A stretch of 64,000 bases of DNA, taken from assembly GCF_016432865.1 (NCBI RefSeq), contig NC_067401.1, forward strand, positions 117,428,001-117,492,000. The letters run 5' to 3'. The number at the start of each line of letters is the position of its first letter. The first letter of the stretch is position 1. Source of the DNA: Antechinus flavipes (Eukaryota). A model generated the notes under the pieces. It was not told the DNA's origin. It saw nothing but the letters and a program-made list of their open reading frames with translations, and searched no databases. The position numbers and the translations under genes were made by a program. Of the stretch, positions 39,480 through 53,500 are shown in pieces.

Positions 39480-40130
39480 ACCTTTTTAAGTGAATAAGTA
39501 TAAATTTTGGGATTTTTCAAGGATCAGTTAGGATCAACTTTATTTATAAAAGAATCCCAACGTTGTACATAGTGAAATTTCCATATACATGATATTAATT
39601 ATTAGGATACTACAGAGATGGATAGAAAAATCAGTAAGTTGAATTTTATGTAAGCTAATGTTGTTAGGGGGAAAGAATCCAAACAAATTACATGTGTAGG
39701 ATTACGGTTACAAGAAATCAATTAAGACCTAAAACAAGGATCATAGGGTGGTTTCCTGAACTATCAGTTCGATGTGCTAGAGAAGTAAAAACAATAGTTA
39801 TTAGCAAGAAAGACACTGAAATACATGAAAAAAAATCTGACCATTGATCAAAATCATATTGTTTCTACATCTAGAAAATTCTGTATTCTAGTCACCATAA
39901 TTCACCAAAGATATAATGGAACTGCCAAAGATGCATAGAAAAGTATTATGTGATTAAGAAAATGAAGGGTAATTAAAAGAAATTGGATTTTGGGGGTAGC
40001 TAACTTCTGAGATTGTCATGGGATAGGACAAACATATCAAGTAATATTATTTAAGATTTTTCTCATAGAAAGTTGAGAAATTTTAGGATAGGACAAAACA
40101 ACCATTTGGATGATTAAAAAATTAGATCTT
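39480..40130 (+). mobile_element. Ancient CR1/L3-like LINE remnant
   Basis: ...attctgtattctagtcaccataattcaccaaagatataatggaactgccaaagatgcatagaaaag... weakly resembles the CR1 ORF2 3' region. Confidence 0.4.
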
Positions 40131-43100
40131 CCTAAACTAGGCCTTTAATGTTACCTTCATGTTTATCAGTGTTATTCAAAGACAATTTATATGATTAGAT
40201 ATGAACTGTATTTTTTTTTTTTTAATTTGCTCTGCTTCAGCTGAACATATACTGCAATTGTCCCACCTTAGATTTGGGTCCTGGAACAGGACATTTGGGA
40301 GTACTCAAGCAGTTCTAATAGTGAGTAAGTCTGTATTCAGTATATTACTCATTTGCAGACTCAAGAACAAGAACACATAGGAAGTACAAGAGTTGATTTG
40401 TCCAAGTTTCTGTAAAGAAAGCTTTTCTAAATTCATTTTATAAAAGGTCCTTGAAACACAAACCTGAAAAACTTCTTTAAGTTAGTTTAACAAAGGTAAC
40501 CTAATGCAGCCCAATGCTTATTTTTTTCCATATCTGTAAACAGGTGTGGAAATGAATAGAACAAAGCAAGCATAAAACTCTTATATTCAGTTGCCAATGT
40601 CTAAAGCAATCTAGCAAGAAAATTTTAAAATATTTATTATTAACACCTCTGTTAATCTTTTGCATGTATTAACCCTTTGTTGTATTTTAAAGAGCATAAT
40701 TTAATTTCTAACTTTAAATTGCTTTCATATACATAAACATTCTTTTAATTTAGTCATTCAGGGAGTCAATGGAGATATATTGATTAAAACTTTAAAATAT
40801 CTTATTTAATAACTCCATTTGTCTTTGGCATCCTCTTTCCCATGTAAAGGAACTGATTCATTTCTACATTCATTAAATATTCACATTCTCTTGTCACTCC
40901 TATTACCTAAATTTATCATTTAAAACCAGGAAGTTTTAAAATATAACTTTATAAAGGTTAAATTCCACTAGATTTTGTTTTAAGTTACCACATTCTGGCC
41001 TAAGATAACAGGGTTAAAAATGGAAATGCACACAAAGAAACAACTGGATGCATCAGACTTCAGGAATGTATAATGTACAGACAAGTCTCTTGGTGGCCAC
41101 CCATTTAGTGGGCTGTATGAAATATCAAATCTTTCTTTGTCCAGCCTGTTAATAGCAAAGAAATGAAATGATTTGGAAAGGAAAATGAGTGACAGCTCAA
41201 GAAACAAAATAGTTGTATTCAAATGAGGTAATATTTTTTAGAGTGCTTAGCATAGTGCTTGGCACATAGTAAGCATTTAATAAATGCTTGTTCCATTTCC
41301 CTCCAAAATATAGTAAAACTTTCCTTTGGATTGGAAGCACTGAGGTTTTCATCATAAATAATGTCCTTGTGCTTCTTAGTCAACATAATTCATTAAATAT
41401 TTACTATTTGTTAGGTACTATATGTAGTACTGACAATAGAGAGGTCTAAAAAAAAGGCTTTGCTCATAAGAGCTCACAAAGTCTAATGGGGAGACAATAC
41501 ACATACAATTATAAACAAATAAGATATAGACAAAATAAACTGGAGGTAGTCTCAGAAGGAAGGTGCTATATAATGGGCAGTTTTTTTTTTTAACTATTGA
41601 ACTAACACAAGCATAGAGTTGAAATATCCTGGTTTCTTAATGGTATTCATTATTCTAGCCCTAAAAGAAACATAGTTTTGTAGAGTGGGAAGAGATTGAA
41701 AAGTTCCTTTGGTCTAAACCCTTATTTTTAACTAAAGGAGGAAAAGGAGGCATAAAAAAGGGTGTCAATTAAGTAGTCTGTTATAGAGCTGGTAGAACCC
41801 AAATTCAAAAAGTATCATTACAATGAAACTTCTGGGCAACAAAAACTATAATATGTAGTACAACCTAGGACTACGAATATGTTCTATAAGTATATTTATG
41901 TGCCACTACTATAGATTCTGGATTAGTCTGGATTGTGTGAAGTATTCCTGTTGTATGGCTGCACTGAAAAAGAAGAGAGCATGTCTGCCTGTGACTGGGT
42001 GTGGTGGTCAAAAGGGTGATCTAGTCCTTTGTTTCTGAAAAGAGAAATCCTGGTAAAGCTATCTCCCTTGGACAAAGCCTTAAAGTGATGCTAGAAAGAT
42101 GTGTTTAACATGTGTCACCAATGCTTTTACCAAAGTTCATCAGTTTAACTCTTTGCAAACAAATGAATGATCTGTTCCCAATGGCAGGAAGTTGTTCTAT
42201 GGAACCAAAGCAGTTACAGCCAAGTTTAATACAAACCCTCTAGAGTCCACGTTGACAAATTCTTGAACAAGCCCTGTGGTTACAGGGAAGCTGGTTTCAC
42301 TCTGACTCACTCCTGTTCAAACAGTTTACTGGAAATGGAGGGGAGGGGGAATTTTCAGAGAAATCATGTGATGGCCAGACAAACCACAACCAGTAAAGGT
42401 TCAGCAAAGTCAAAAACAGGTCCCAGCAACAACTGACACTCATGCCTTCATATGACACTTGATGATTTGCAAATGAGAACTGTTTTATCTCAGAACTTCT
42501 ACATTATTAACTATTTTCCAAGTTTATGCTTCTTTAAGGAAATAGGGAAATAACAAAGGAAAGCAAGCAAAGCAACAAGTAGGGTAATGAGGGCAAATGC
42601 CAAGATATTTTTTGGAGTCAAATTGTGTTCTTTGCATAGATAACTATGAAAAAGCAAATTCTAAAGCACTTAATGAAGAAATAAATAAACTATTTCCTAA
42701 ATGCTTCACTGAAATTTCTATATTCAAAAATCAAACTCAAATTCTTCAATTATCAGACATCATAAAAATCCATTAGGGTTGGGAATAGGGTGAATATGGC
42801 CTGGAGAATAGTTACTGTAATGCAGCAAAAAGAAAATTCAATAGTCTTAGCATGGGGAAGGGGACAGGAGAGGAGAAAGGTAAGCTACTCCTTAATGGCA
42901 TCACTAGTTACATTTATATTGACAAAATATCACTTGACATTTTAAACTCCTAAAAAGAATTAAAAAAAAAAAATCTTCTTAGATTTAAAGTAGGTGTTTT
43001 TTTTTCCCTTTAAGTTGAGTTACAAAACTGCTGAGTTATAAATGACTTTTAAATTTGCAAATATTAAGCTTCAAAATATGTTAAGTAGAAAGTTTTAATT

Positions 43101-44077
43101 ATTTACAATATTAAATCAGAACCTGAATAAAAATCCCTGGAAATAGGATTTAAAATCCAGAATTGTACTACTGTATCATTTTGAATAATGAATTGAGATA
43201 GAGATCCATTCTGGATTTATGTTTTCCAAAGTACAGGGAACTAACTTCAAAAATGAAGAAACTTCTTTTCAATGGAGGTTAATATCTTATATAATACAAT
43301 TTATAGTCTTGTATAATCATCTAAAGTGTTTCCATAGGCCGAAAGGTTAAATAACTTTTTCAAAGTCATACAGCCAGTACATGTCAGAAGGCAGACATGT
43401 CTTTATGGCTTCTAGGTCAGATTTGTAACCAGTATTGTTATGCTCACTCTCAATCAACCAAGTGAAAATTTCAATCACTTAATTCCAGGTATTTCTTTAC
43501 CACATGTCACAACATCTTATATTCTAGAACACTACCACAAAGAGTAAGATACCATAAAGGGAAAAAAAAAAATAACATGGCTTCAAGTAATGAATATTTA
43601 AATCAAATTGATGAAAGAGATTACATTTACATTTCAGTTTTGTGATTTACTCAATAGAACAATAAGTATATCAGCAAGAAGTCAACAATTTGTTAATACC
43701 ACTTTAGAAAATTGTTCTCCTTAGCCAAGTAACTCAGAATGAATTTTTATGATCAAATAGGTTAAAGAATGTATCCTTCAAGGTAAAAATATATAACATT
43801 TTTTACTCAATTATCTAAACTTTAAATTTAAAAAGCAAATTCTCCCCACCCTCCCAAAAAAACTTTAAACAACTCAATCCTCCAACCAAACAAAATGACA
43901 GGGAAATTGAGCCTCACGTTCAGGAATGTGGCCTTAATTTTTTTGTAGTAAATTATACAAAGTCTTTTATTGTTTATTGAATTCTTTTATCCCTGCATTT
44001 TTCTAATGCAGGGTTGATTTTAACAGACTACCTAAAGAGTCCCCAAAGAAGTGTTACATAGTTCAATGCTATATTTT

Positions 44078-44515
44078 ATTTTTTTTATTATAGCTTTTTA
44101 TTTTCAAGATATATGCATGGGTAATTTTTCAGCATTGACAACTGCAAAACATTTTGCTCTAATTTTTCCCTTCTTTCCCCCTACCACCTCCCCCAGATGG
44201 CAGGTAGACTAATACATGTTAAATGTGTTAAAGTATATGTTAAATACAATATATGTATACATGTCCATACAGTTATTTTACTGCACAAGAAGATCGGACT
44301 TTGAAATTGTGTACAATTAATCTGTGAAGGAAATAAAAAATGCAGGCAGACAAAAATAGAGAGATTGGGAATGCTATGTCATGGTTCACACTCATTTCCC
44401 AGAGTTCTTTTGCTGGGTATAGCTGGTTCTATTCGTTATTGAACAAATGGAACTATTTGGTTCATCTCCTTGTTGAAGAGAGTCACGTCCATCAGAATTG
44501 ATCATCATATGGTAT
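44078..44515 (-). mobile_element. L1 3'UTR fragment with perfect 16-bp TSD
   Basis: TSD ttcaatgctatatttt at 44062-44077 and 44516-44531. Confidence 0.93.
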
Positions 44516-44712
44516 TTCAATGCTATATTTTGCAGAGTATACCTTTAGCTCCTTTCAAATGATTATAAAACTCATAGATATTTTAATCAATCCTTGTAAA
44601 TCTTGAGTATTATATCTATATTTAACTGTTCTTGTCATAATTATAATTTTCTAAAAGAATAAGTTTCAAAATTAAAATATTCCTAATGTAATATTTATAA
44701 TATTAAATTGCT

Positions 44713-44805
44713 AAGACTGGCCTCAGACACTTAATATTTTCTAGCTGTATGACCCTGGGCAAGACATTTAACCCCAATTGCCTCAGCCAAAAAAAAAAAA
44801 AAAAA
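44713..44805 (+). mobile_element. 5'-truncated WSINE1-type SINE
   Basis: ctggcctcagacacttaatattttctagctgtatgaccctgggcaag...cctcagcc plus A tail. Confidence 0.85.
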
Positions 44806-44960
44806 TCTCTAAGACCACTAGATTTGGAGTCTGGAGAGGTAAATTTATATCTTTCATTTATAATGGGTCACCTTCACTTGTGGTTTCCTTATCTGTACAA
44901 CAAGAAGTTTGGACTAGATGATCTAAGCTTTCTTCAAGTTCTAAATCTATGATAGTATTT

Positions 44961-44987
44961 TGTTATTATTATTATTATTATTATTAC
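44961..44987. repeat. (TTA)n microsatellite
   Basis: ttattattattattattattattac. Confidence 0.9.
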
Positions 44988-46329
44988 TCCTCATGTAATA
45001 TACAATTCAATAATTATCTAAAGAATAATTAAAATATTTACCTAGTGGCAAGCATGAAATATCAAAACAGATCTGGACCTCACTTTAAAAATTATGTTAG
45101 ATTTGCTCAAAATCACTGGTAGCTGCGATGATATTTATTCCTAACAAAGAGATAATTCAAACACAGTAGAAAAAGCCAAACTATATTTTAAAAAATAAAA
45201 GAGCTCTACCAAATCAGGTTTCCTATAAGAATCAGACCACAAATAATGTTTTAATAAATTTCTCAAAGAAACAGCAGAAACAAATTCAACCAGAATTCAG
45301 AATTGGAATTTAAGTTTATGTTTAGTTTAAAAGCCATTATTACTTTCCCAAACAAAATCAGAGATATCCTTTACCACATGGTAAAGAAATGATAGCAATT
45401 TTTTCTCAACTTTTGCTCACTGCTACTGAAGAGGTCCTTACCTTCAAGAATCCAACATATACTTTCTAAAATTACTTATTATATACTCACTCAGATGTAA
45501 CCAATGACTGGTAGACCATTATTACCTATTAAATAATAAGTAGCAGAATATGTACAAAAGTAATATTGAAGGACTATGCCAAATCATCTGTAAAGTTCTC
45601 TGATGTATAGCATATATATACTATACTATGAAACTAAATATACCTAGAGCAAAGTACAGGCTTTTTTTTTTTTTTTTTTTTTTTTTTGGAGGGGGGGAGT
45701 GGGTCTAAATGAAAGTACGAGAATCTTCTCCAGCAGTTAAATTTAAAAACTAGTATTGTAGCTATAATGTCCTATAATACTGACAAGTGGTTTATTTGTG
45801 TCTTATACACCTACAGAAAGCTAAGTCACTATTTTATATTTTATACAAAGTAGATAGGATATTCTAAGAATATGAATGAATAAAAAAAATTATTAACTAC
45901 TTATATTCAAAACACTGTATTAAGTGCTGGAGGATATCATTAAAAAAGGAAGAAAATTCCAAATCTCCAGGAACTCAAATTCTAATGGGAGAAGATAACA
46001 CATATGGAAGATGTCATTAGTAAATTAGATTAAAAAAAAAGTATCATAGTCCTTAAGGTCCTTAGCAGCAAAGCAAACATCTCTTCTTTTATGTCATTTC
46101 TGCTGATAAAATAATGTAAGTTTCTGATGCTGAATCTTTGCCCATCCCAAGGACTAATTAGAGAGGCAAGACCTTCTGGGAATTCAGCAGCTGCAAATGA
46201 AACACCTGCAGGAGTGGTTGCCAGATTGCACATTCACAATGGATGCTTCCCAATTAAAGGTTGTAGAACTAAGCTGAAGCAATGCTATTCAGTAGTCTCT
46301 TAGATTTAGAGACTATCTTCATCAAGTTC

Positions 46330-46770
46330 TTTTTCTCCTTTTTATTTTTAATTAAAAAATTTTTTTTCTGGTTATATATGTACATTTACTTTTTTAAAAA
46401 CACATTTCCTTATGAATCATATTGGGATAGAAAAAATGAACAAAAGAGAAAAACCATGAAAGAAAAAGAAAAAAAATCCATTTGTTGATTTACATTCAGT
46501 CTCTATATTTCTCTCTGGATGCAGATGGTGTTTTCCATCCAAAGTATATTGGGATTGCTTTGGATCACTGAATTGCCAAGAACCACCAAGTCTTTGCTGT
46601 TACTGTATACAATGTATTCCTGGTTTTGCTTGCTTCACTCAGCATCAATTTGTGTAAATTCTTCCAGACTTTTCTAAAATCAGCTTGTTCATTATTTCTT
46701 ATAGAACAATAATATTCCATTATTTTCATATACCATAATTTATTTAGCCATTCTCCAATTGATTCTCCAT
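46330..46770 (-). mobile_element. Older L1 3' fragment
   Basis: Reverse L1 3' sequence (gcttcactcagcatcaatttgtgtaaattcttccagac...). Confidence 0.82.
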
Positions 46771-47639
46771 CAGGTTCTAAAGGGAGATGGTGATAGTGAT
46801 GGTAGCTTAACTAGCTCTCCTGTAGGGCACGCTGTTTTATTTAGTAAGGCATGTTTGCATGAGCTATGGGTGATTGTTGACAGAAATGATGTAGATATGA
46901 ATGATACTCACATTTTAGGGTAAAACATGTAAATCAGGTGTTCAGAAAAGCTTTTTTAAAAAGCAACTAAATACTAGTGTATTTATAGTGCAAAAGATAT
47001 TTTTATTAAGTACACAAAACCAAATTTCAATTATCTCTAATTTGGGAAAATAGGATTACACAGTTAAAAGAAACTCACATTTTTGATCATTAATACCTTT
47101 AACTTTACCACATTAACCTTTCCTAAAAGTTAAACAAAAGACTACTTTTGTTTTAAATTAAAAATAGAAGACAATAGTACTCTTGTAACATTTATTTCAC
47201 ATGAAATATGATAGATAATTCTGGTATCTGCAAATCAGGAAAGATATAGTGGAATTAGAGAAGAGTCAAAGAAGGGCAATCAGAATGATTAAAGTAATGA
47301 AAGCTGTGTTATATAAGAACCTACTGAAGAAATCAAAATTCTCTTAAGTGGGAAAGATGAATGTTGGAAGAGAATATGATCAGTCTTAAAAAATAAAAAA
47401 TGTTATGAATAAGGTGAACAAGGACTCGAAGCTTGAAAGGGCTTTTGGGGAAATAAAAGGAAGTACTTTTAAGAGACAAGCAAATAGTAAACTTAATTTC
47501 TTATATGGTCTCAAAGTCAGAAAAGATTTTAGGTATCAAGTCCATGCAAAAAGAATCTTCTTTAAAATTATCCTTACAAATAATCATTTAATCTCTCCTT
47601 AAATATTTACAAGGGAAGGAGAACTTTCTCCAAAGTTAC

Positions 47640-48660
47640 CAATGATCTCTTAAATAAAAATCTAATGAATATCCTTTTTCTAAATCCTCATTATTTTTTA
47701 CCTCTCTGTTGCTTTTGAGATTTTCAATAACCTTCTTTTCCCTAGGTTTTTGTGACAGACTGATATTTCCAGGTTCTCCATTTATCTGTCTAAACATTTT
47801 TATCACTTTCCTTGGCTGAACTTTAACCCAGATTCTATCCTCTTATCAACAGTCACTCTAAAAGTGGTGTTTTGGGTCCTCTTTACTCTATATATTTCAT
47901 TTGCTAATCTCATTAGCTCCCATGGAATCAATTGTCATCTCTATGGAAATGAACCTCAGATCTGTTTGGTCAGCCCTAATATCACCTCTGATCTCATATT
48001 TCTGATGAGGCTATTCCACCTTCATAACATCTCTTACACATATATATTCTTTTTTTCCTAGAATGCTATTACCATCTGGACTACTGTAATAGTCTACTAG
48101 TTTTCTCTGTGGCTCAACTCTCCTCACTCCAGTCTATCACAAACTTCCCTCCTTCCAATACATCCTCTATTTGACTAAATTGTCAAATTTATCTTATTAA
48201 AGCACAAGTCTGCTCCGATCCAATAAACATTCCCCTCTTGGCAATAAACCAGTGATTCTCTATTATCTCCAAGTTATAAAATATAAAATCCTCAATTTGG
48301 CTTTTAAAGTCCTTCATAACATGGCCCCTTCCTATCTTTTTAAATCTTTTTATAACTCACTCTGTTCCAAATGCTCAATAGTCAATGACACTGGCCTTAC
48401 TGTTACTCTTCACACAAGAATTCTATTTCCCAATTGTGTATTTTCAATGGCTACTCCTTATGCTTAGAACATTCTCATTCCTCATCTCTGCCTAGTTATA
48501 CTAACTTCCTTCAAGTCTCAAGAAATATTTCTCAGTCCTTTTTAATCTTAGTGCCTTCATTATGAAATTATTTCCAATTTTCTCTCTCTTTTTACATATG
48601 TGTGTGTGTGTGTTTTTTGCCTTTCTTTGCTTGGCATATAGAAGATACTTAATAAATATT
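47640..48660 (+). mobile_element. L2 fragment (~1 kb)
   Basis: L2 3' region ending ...ggcatatagaagatacttaataaatatttgttga. Confidence 0.75.
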
Positions 48661-49959
48661 TGTTGATGCTATGTTGGTCATTTTAATTATTATTTTTAAT
48701 TTAACTTAATAAACAGTTTTAATTATTTTAAAAAATCCTCATAATGAACTTCTGGGCCTTAGAAACAGAAAATTCAAGCCCTGGAGCCATTTTGCTTTTT
48801 GGATTCTATATGGAGTAAATTTAACTATTCTTCCATAATCAATAAGTTAACAAGCATTACTGAACACCTATTATAGGTTAAGGACTGTGCTAATTACTAG
48901 GGATAAAATGACAAAAATAATTCAATTCCTCAAGGAATTTACATTCTGCAGCTGTGGGGGGGTGGAGGGGGGAGGAGGGGAGAGGGAGTGACAAAGTGTA
49001 AGTAAATAAATTTATTCAAGATACTTTTGGTAGAAAAGGCAATATGCCCTGGTGTAGTGATTTGTAGGTATACTAGTGGTGATGGAAGATTAGTAAAGGC
49101 TTCATGGGGAAGACAGTGTTTGAATCTTAAAAGATACTAGGGATTACAAGAAGTGGGGGTGAAGAGAACACAAGATATCTGATCCAAATAGGAACCTTCT
49201 TTCCCCTCCCCTCCTTTTCTTAGCCTGTTCACAAGTAGAACAAGTGCTATAGGCAGTCCTTTCCCTCAACCTTCCTACAAATGCCTGGTGCCTCCTTCCT
49301 TTCCCCCTTCTACATTTTCCCCCATGACTGAACATTAAGTACCTTCCCAACCCAATTTTCATGAGAAAAACCAGAGTTCTCTACTCGACTATGACTCAGC
49401 CCCATTTTCTTGTACCAACAGTTGCAGTTTTAAGCTTCCTTTCCCTCTTTCAGCTATGGAGCAGACACTGCTTGGATGAGTAAAGAATTACTAATTACAA
49501 GCCTCTCAGGAAAATAAAGACCATTGCCTTGCCACTGAATATTATCATCAGACCTTGCCACTAAGGCTTTTATACATCCAGATACTAACAGGATCTGAGA
49601 ATGAATGCTAAGACTTTCTAGGCAATGACATCTACATTACTAAAAAACACCTTGGCAGATAGAGATGAGGCAGCAACCTTCTTATCCATCCTGAATCAGT
49701 ACTAAATCACAGGTGAACTCCCCTGTGTTTTCTCTTCCAATAAGAATGTGAGCCCTGGGAGAAATAGGATCATTCTGATTTTCTAGTTGTATCTGTGTGG
49801 CTTAGCATATTTCATGGTGCTTAGTAAATACTTTTTATTTCATTCATTCAGGACATACCTTCAGACATCTGAAGATGGTAATCATGTCTCTTAACAAAGT
49901 TGTTTCTAGGTTAAAATATATCCAGGGGAAAAAATGTTTCCATCAAATTATTTCTTATA

Positions 49960-50830
49960 GGTTTCTGATAACCAAGAACAAGTAAAAGAAGCCGTTAAAA
50001 AGAAATACTCTAGATTAAAAGTCAGTCTCCAGTAGGGAAATGGTCAAAATATATGAGCAAACAATTTTCAAAAGAAGAACTGAAAACTAGTAACAACAAT
50101 ATAAAGGAATATACTAAGTCACTAATAATAAAAGAGATGAAAATCACATTCAGAGGTTTCATCTCATACTTAGCAAACTGAAAAAGATGACAAAAGATAG
50201 AACAATTAATGAAGGAGGAATTGTGGAAAGATAAATCACTCTAATATGAAGCTGGGAATTGTTACAAATAATTTGCAAAGCATTTTTTGAATCAGTAAGA
50301 ATTCCAGTACTAGGGTATACTTACCAAGGACAACAATGGGAAAAATAAAGATTTTGAGTATATCTAATATATGTAGGGACACTTTTTGTGGTAGCAAAGA
50401 ATTGGAAACAAAATAGATGCTGATTAAATTGTGTAATGGCTAAATAAGCTGTCACATGGATGTAATGGAAGAAAAAGCATGGGAAGACTTATATGAACTG
50501 ATGCAAAACCACAGTACCAGGAAAACTATACAGAATTATTAAAATAATCTAAATGGGAAGAATAACAATAACAAAATGATAGAAGCTGAATGTGTAACAT
50601 CACAATAACCACAGACATATAAGACTACCTCATCTCATTTCTTTACAGAACTGAACAGATATGGATATAGAATACTGTATATAATATCATTCTCTTTCAA
50701 TGTCAGTTAGTTTTGCTGAAATATTTTCTTCTTTATTTTCTATTCTTTGATATAAGGGATAGTTATATGAACTGGAGAAGTGAAATGTTGGTAATATAAA
50801 AACAAAAGAATAATAAAATTTATTTAAAAT
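49960..50830 (+). mobile_element. Old L1 3' fragment
   Basis: aaatggtcaaaatatatgagcaaacaattttcaaaagaag... degraded L1 ORF2 end and 3'UTR. Confidence 0.75.
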
Positions 50831-50959
50831 TAAAAAAATATAAATCCTCAATTTCTCAATGTTTTACTATTTTGATAGTTCTCTGAATATGGTCTAGTTT
50901 AGCAAAAATCAAATAATGAAAAAAACTACGTATAACAATAACCTAAGAAAATTAAAATT

Positions 50960-51963
50960 CATCCTCTAAAATGGCCAAAGGATATGAACAATTTTCAGAT
51001 GAAGAAATTAGTCATCTATAATCAAATGAAAAAATATTCTAAATTATTATTGATTAGAGAAATGATGTACCATCTCACACCTCTCAGATTAGTTAAAATG
51101 ATAGGAAAAGATAGTGATAAATGTTGGAAGGGGTGTGGGAAAAGTGGGACACTAATACATTGTTGGTGGAGTTGTGAACTGATCCAATCATTCTGGAAAG
51201 CAATTTGGAACTATGCCCAAAGGGCTATAAAATTCTACATACCCTCTAACCCAGTAGTGCCATTATTGGGTCTTTATCTCAAGAAAACCATAAAAGAGGA
51301 AAAAGAACTCACGTGTGCAAAAAAGGTTTTTAGCAGTTCTTTTTGTAGTGGCAAGGAACTGGAAAGTAAATGATTGCCCATTAATTGGGGAATAGTTGAA
51401 TAAGTTACGATATATGAACGTAATGGGAATGAAAAAAATGATGAACAAGCTGATTTTAGAAAGGCCTGGAAGGATTTATATGAAAGGATGCTAAGCAAGA
51501 CAAACAGAACTAGGAATATACTGTACACAGTAAGAGCAAGATTGCGCAATGATCAACTACAAAAGACATGGCTCTTCTTGGTGGTTCTGTGATCCAAGGC
51601 AATCCCAATATATTTTAGATAGAAAATGCCATCTGCTTCTGAAGAAAGAACTACAAAGACTGATATAAATTAATACATACTATGTTCATGTTTTTCCTTT
51701 TTCCTCTGTTTTTTTTTCCTCTCATGATTTTTTTCCTTTTGTTCTGATTTTTCTTACCCAATATGATTCACAAGAAAATGTGTTTTTTAAAAAAATGTTT
51801 AAACATATATTGGATTACCTGCTGTCTAGAGGAGGAGGTGGAGGGAAGGGAGAAAAAAAAAACTTTGGAATACAAGGCTTTGTAAGGATGAATGTTGAAA
51901 ACTGTGCATATATTGAAAATAAAAAATTTTAAATGCATTTTTTAGATTAAAAAAAAAAAAAAG
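50960..51963 (+). mobile_element. L1 ORF2 C-terminus plus 3'UTR with poly(A)
   Basis: ORF 50984..51373 (KCWKGCGKSGTLIHCWWSCELIQSFWKAIW). Confidence 0.92.
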
Positions 51964-52093
51964 GAGGGGCAACTAGATGGCACAGTGGATAGAGCACAGG
52001 TCCTGAAATCAGGAGGACCTGAGTTCCAATCAGATACTTAATATTTCCTAGCTGTGTGATCCTGGCAAGCCCCAATTGCCTCAGGAAAAAAAA
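51964..52093 (+). mobile_element. WSINE1-type SINE directly after an L1 poly(A) tail
   Basis: ggggcaactagatggcacagtggatagagcac...ggaggacctgagttc. Confidence 0.88.
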
Positions 52094-52287
52094 TGTATAA
52101 CCATGTATAACCAGAAAAAAAAAGAAAAAAATGATCCTTTCAAAATATTACACTTAGGATTGAATGAAATATCTATTTCATATGTACATATTCATATGTA
52201 TTTCAAGCCAGAGTTCTTCCATCCTGTCCTTGCATAATTGATGAAAAAACAAAGCAAGCCAGAAATTGAGATGTTTATATTTATCTT

Positions 52288-52544
52288 CAGCAGCTAGGTG
52301 GTGCAGTATCAATAGAATGCCAGTCTGAGTCAGAAAGACTGGTCTTTGTTAATTCAAATCTGGCTTCAGACACTTACTAGTTGTGTGACCCTGGGCTAGT
52401 CACTTAACTCTGTTTTCCTTAGTTCCCTCATCTGAAAATTAGCTGAAGGAAATTGCAAGCCACTCCAGTGTCTTTGCCCAAAAAAAAACTCCAAATAGGG
52501 TCACAAAGAATCAGACAAGATTAAAAAGACTGAACAATAACAAC
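52288..52544 (+). mobile_element. MAR1-type CORE SINE (RTE-derived tail)
   Basis: CORE followed by aaggaaattgcaagccactccagtgtctttgcc...gggtcacaaagaatcagaca...ctgaacaataacaac. Confidence 0.85.
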
Positions 52545-52959
52545 TGTCTCATAAAACATTAAGAAGCAATGAAGGGGAAAAGAGATTTCCAGAAAGCCTT
52601 GGCAAAGATTCAACTAAGCCAGAACATCTCACACAAAGGCCTTTGACTCAGCAAAGGTAGAATGTATGTAGACAAGTAGGTAAATTTCAGAGAAGTAGGA
52701 ATAGTTAGTGCAATAAGGAAAAACTTCATTAAAAAAAAAGTTCAGACTTATAATCTACCCTTGAAAAACCAAATGCATAAATGCCTTCCATTTTCTACAA
52801 TTATGATATGCAGCTGGATAGATAATTCCTAAAGCTGGAGTCTATCTTTTATAAATACTGAGAATGGACAACAAATTAGACCAGAATTAAAGTAGGAAAA
52901 GGAAAATGAGATGAATTACATTTGGGAAATTTTATTATATTTTTTATTCAAATTGAAAC

Positions 52960-53500
52960 TGAATCTTCCCTCCAAAAACCCTCCTCTCTTTCTAATTTCT
53001 TTACTGCTGATGAGGATGACACCATCCTCCTAGTCACCCAGGCTTGTAACCTTGGTAGCATCCTGGATTCCTTGCCCTCTCAATTACCATGTTTAATCTG
53101 TTGCCTAGGTCTATTGATTTCACCTTCATAACATCTCTCCCCTGATGCTGCCACATCCTGATGCAGGCCTTCACCATCTTACAACTGGACCACGGTAATA
53201 ACCTGCTGGTGGGTCGGCCTGCCTCCAATCTCTTTCTCCATTCATCCTCCCCCTCAGCTGTCAAACTGATTTTCTTAAACTGCACGCTCAATTCAATAAT
53301 TCATCATTTCCTCCTGGGTTCTGTGGCTTCCTTCAAGTCTTAGTTAAAGTCTACTTTCTGCAAAAAACCTTCCTCAGGTCTCCTTAATCTCCGTGTCCTG
53401 TCTATGAGACTATCCCCAATTTACATGTGTTTCGTGTGTGTATATCTTGTTTCTGCATAGTTGTTTACATGACATTTCCTCTGTTAGACTGTGAGAGCCT
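52960..53500 (+). mobile_element. L2 fragment
   Basis: accatcctcctagtcacccaggcttgtaaccttgg...caactggaccacggtaataacctgctgg. Confidence 0.8.

Noticed and set aside
45442-45465. In-frame 24-nt microexon (KVYVGFLK) with donor AAG|gtaagg
   Set aside because: The acceptor lacks a polypyrimidine tract and an upstream UGC. Such matches are expected by chance in a 34-kb AT-rich intron; junction reads would be needed.
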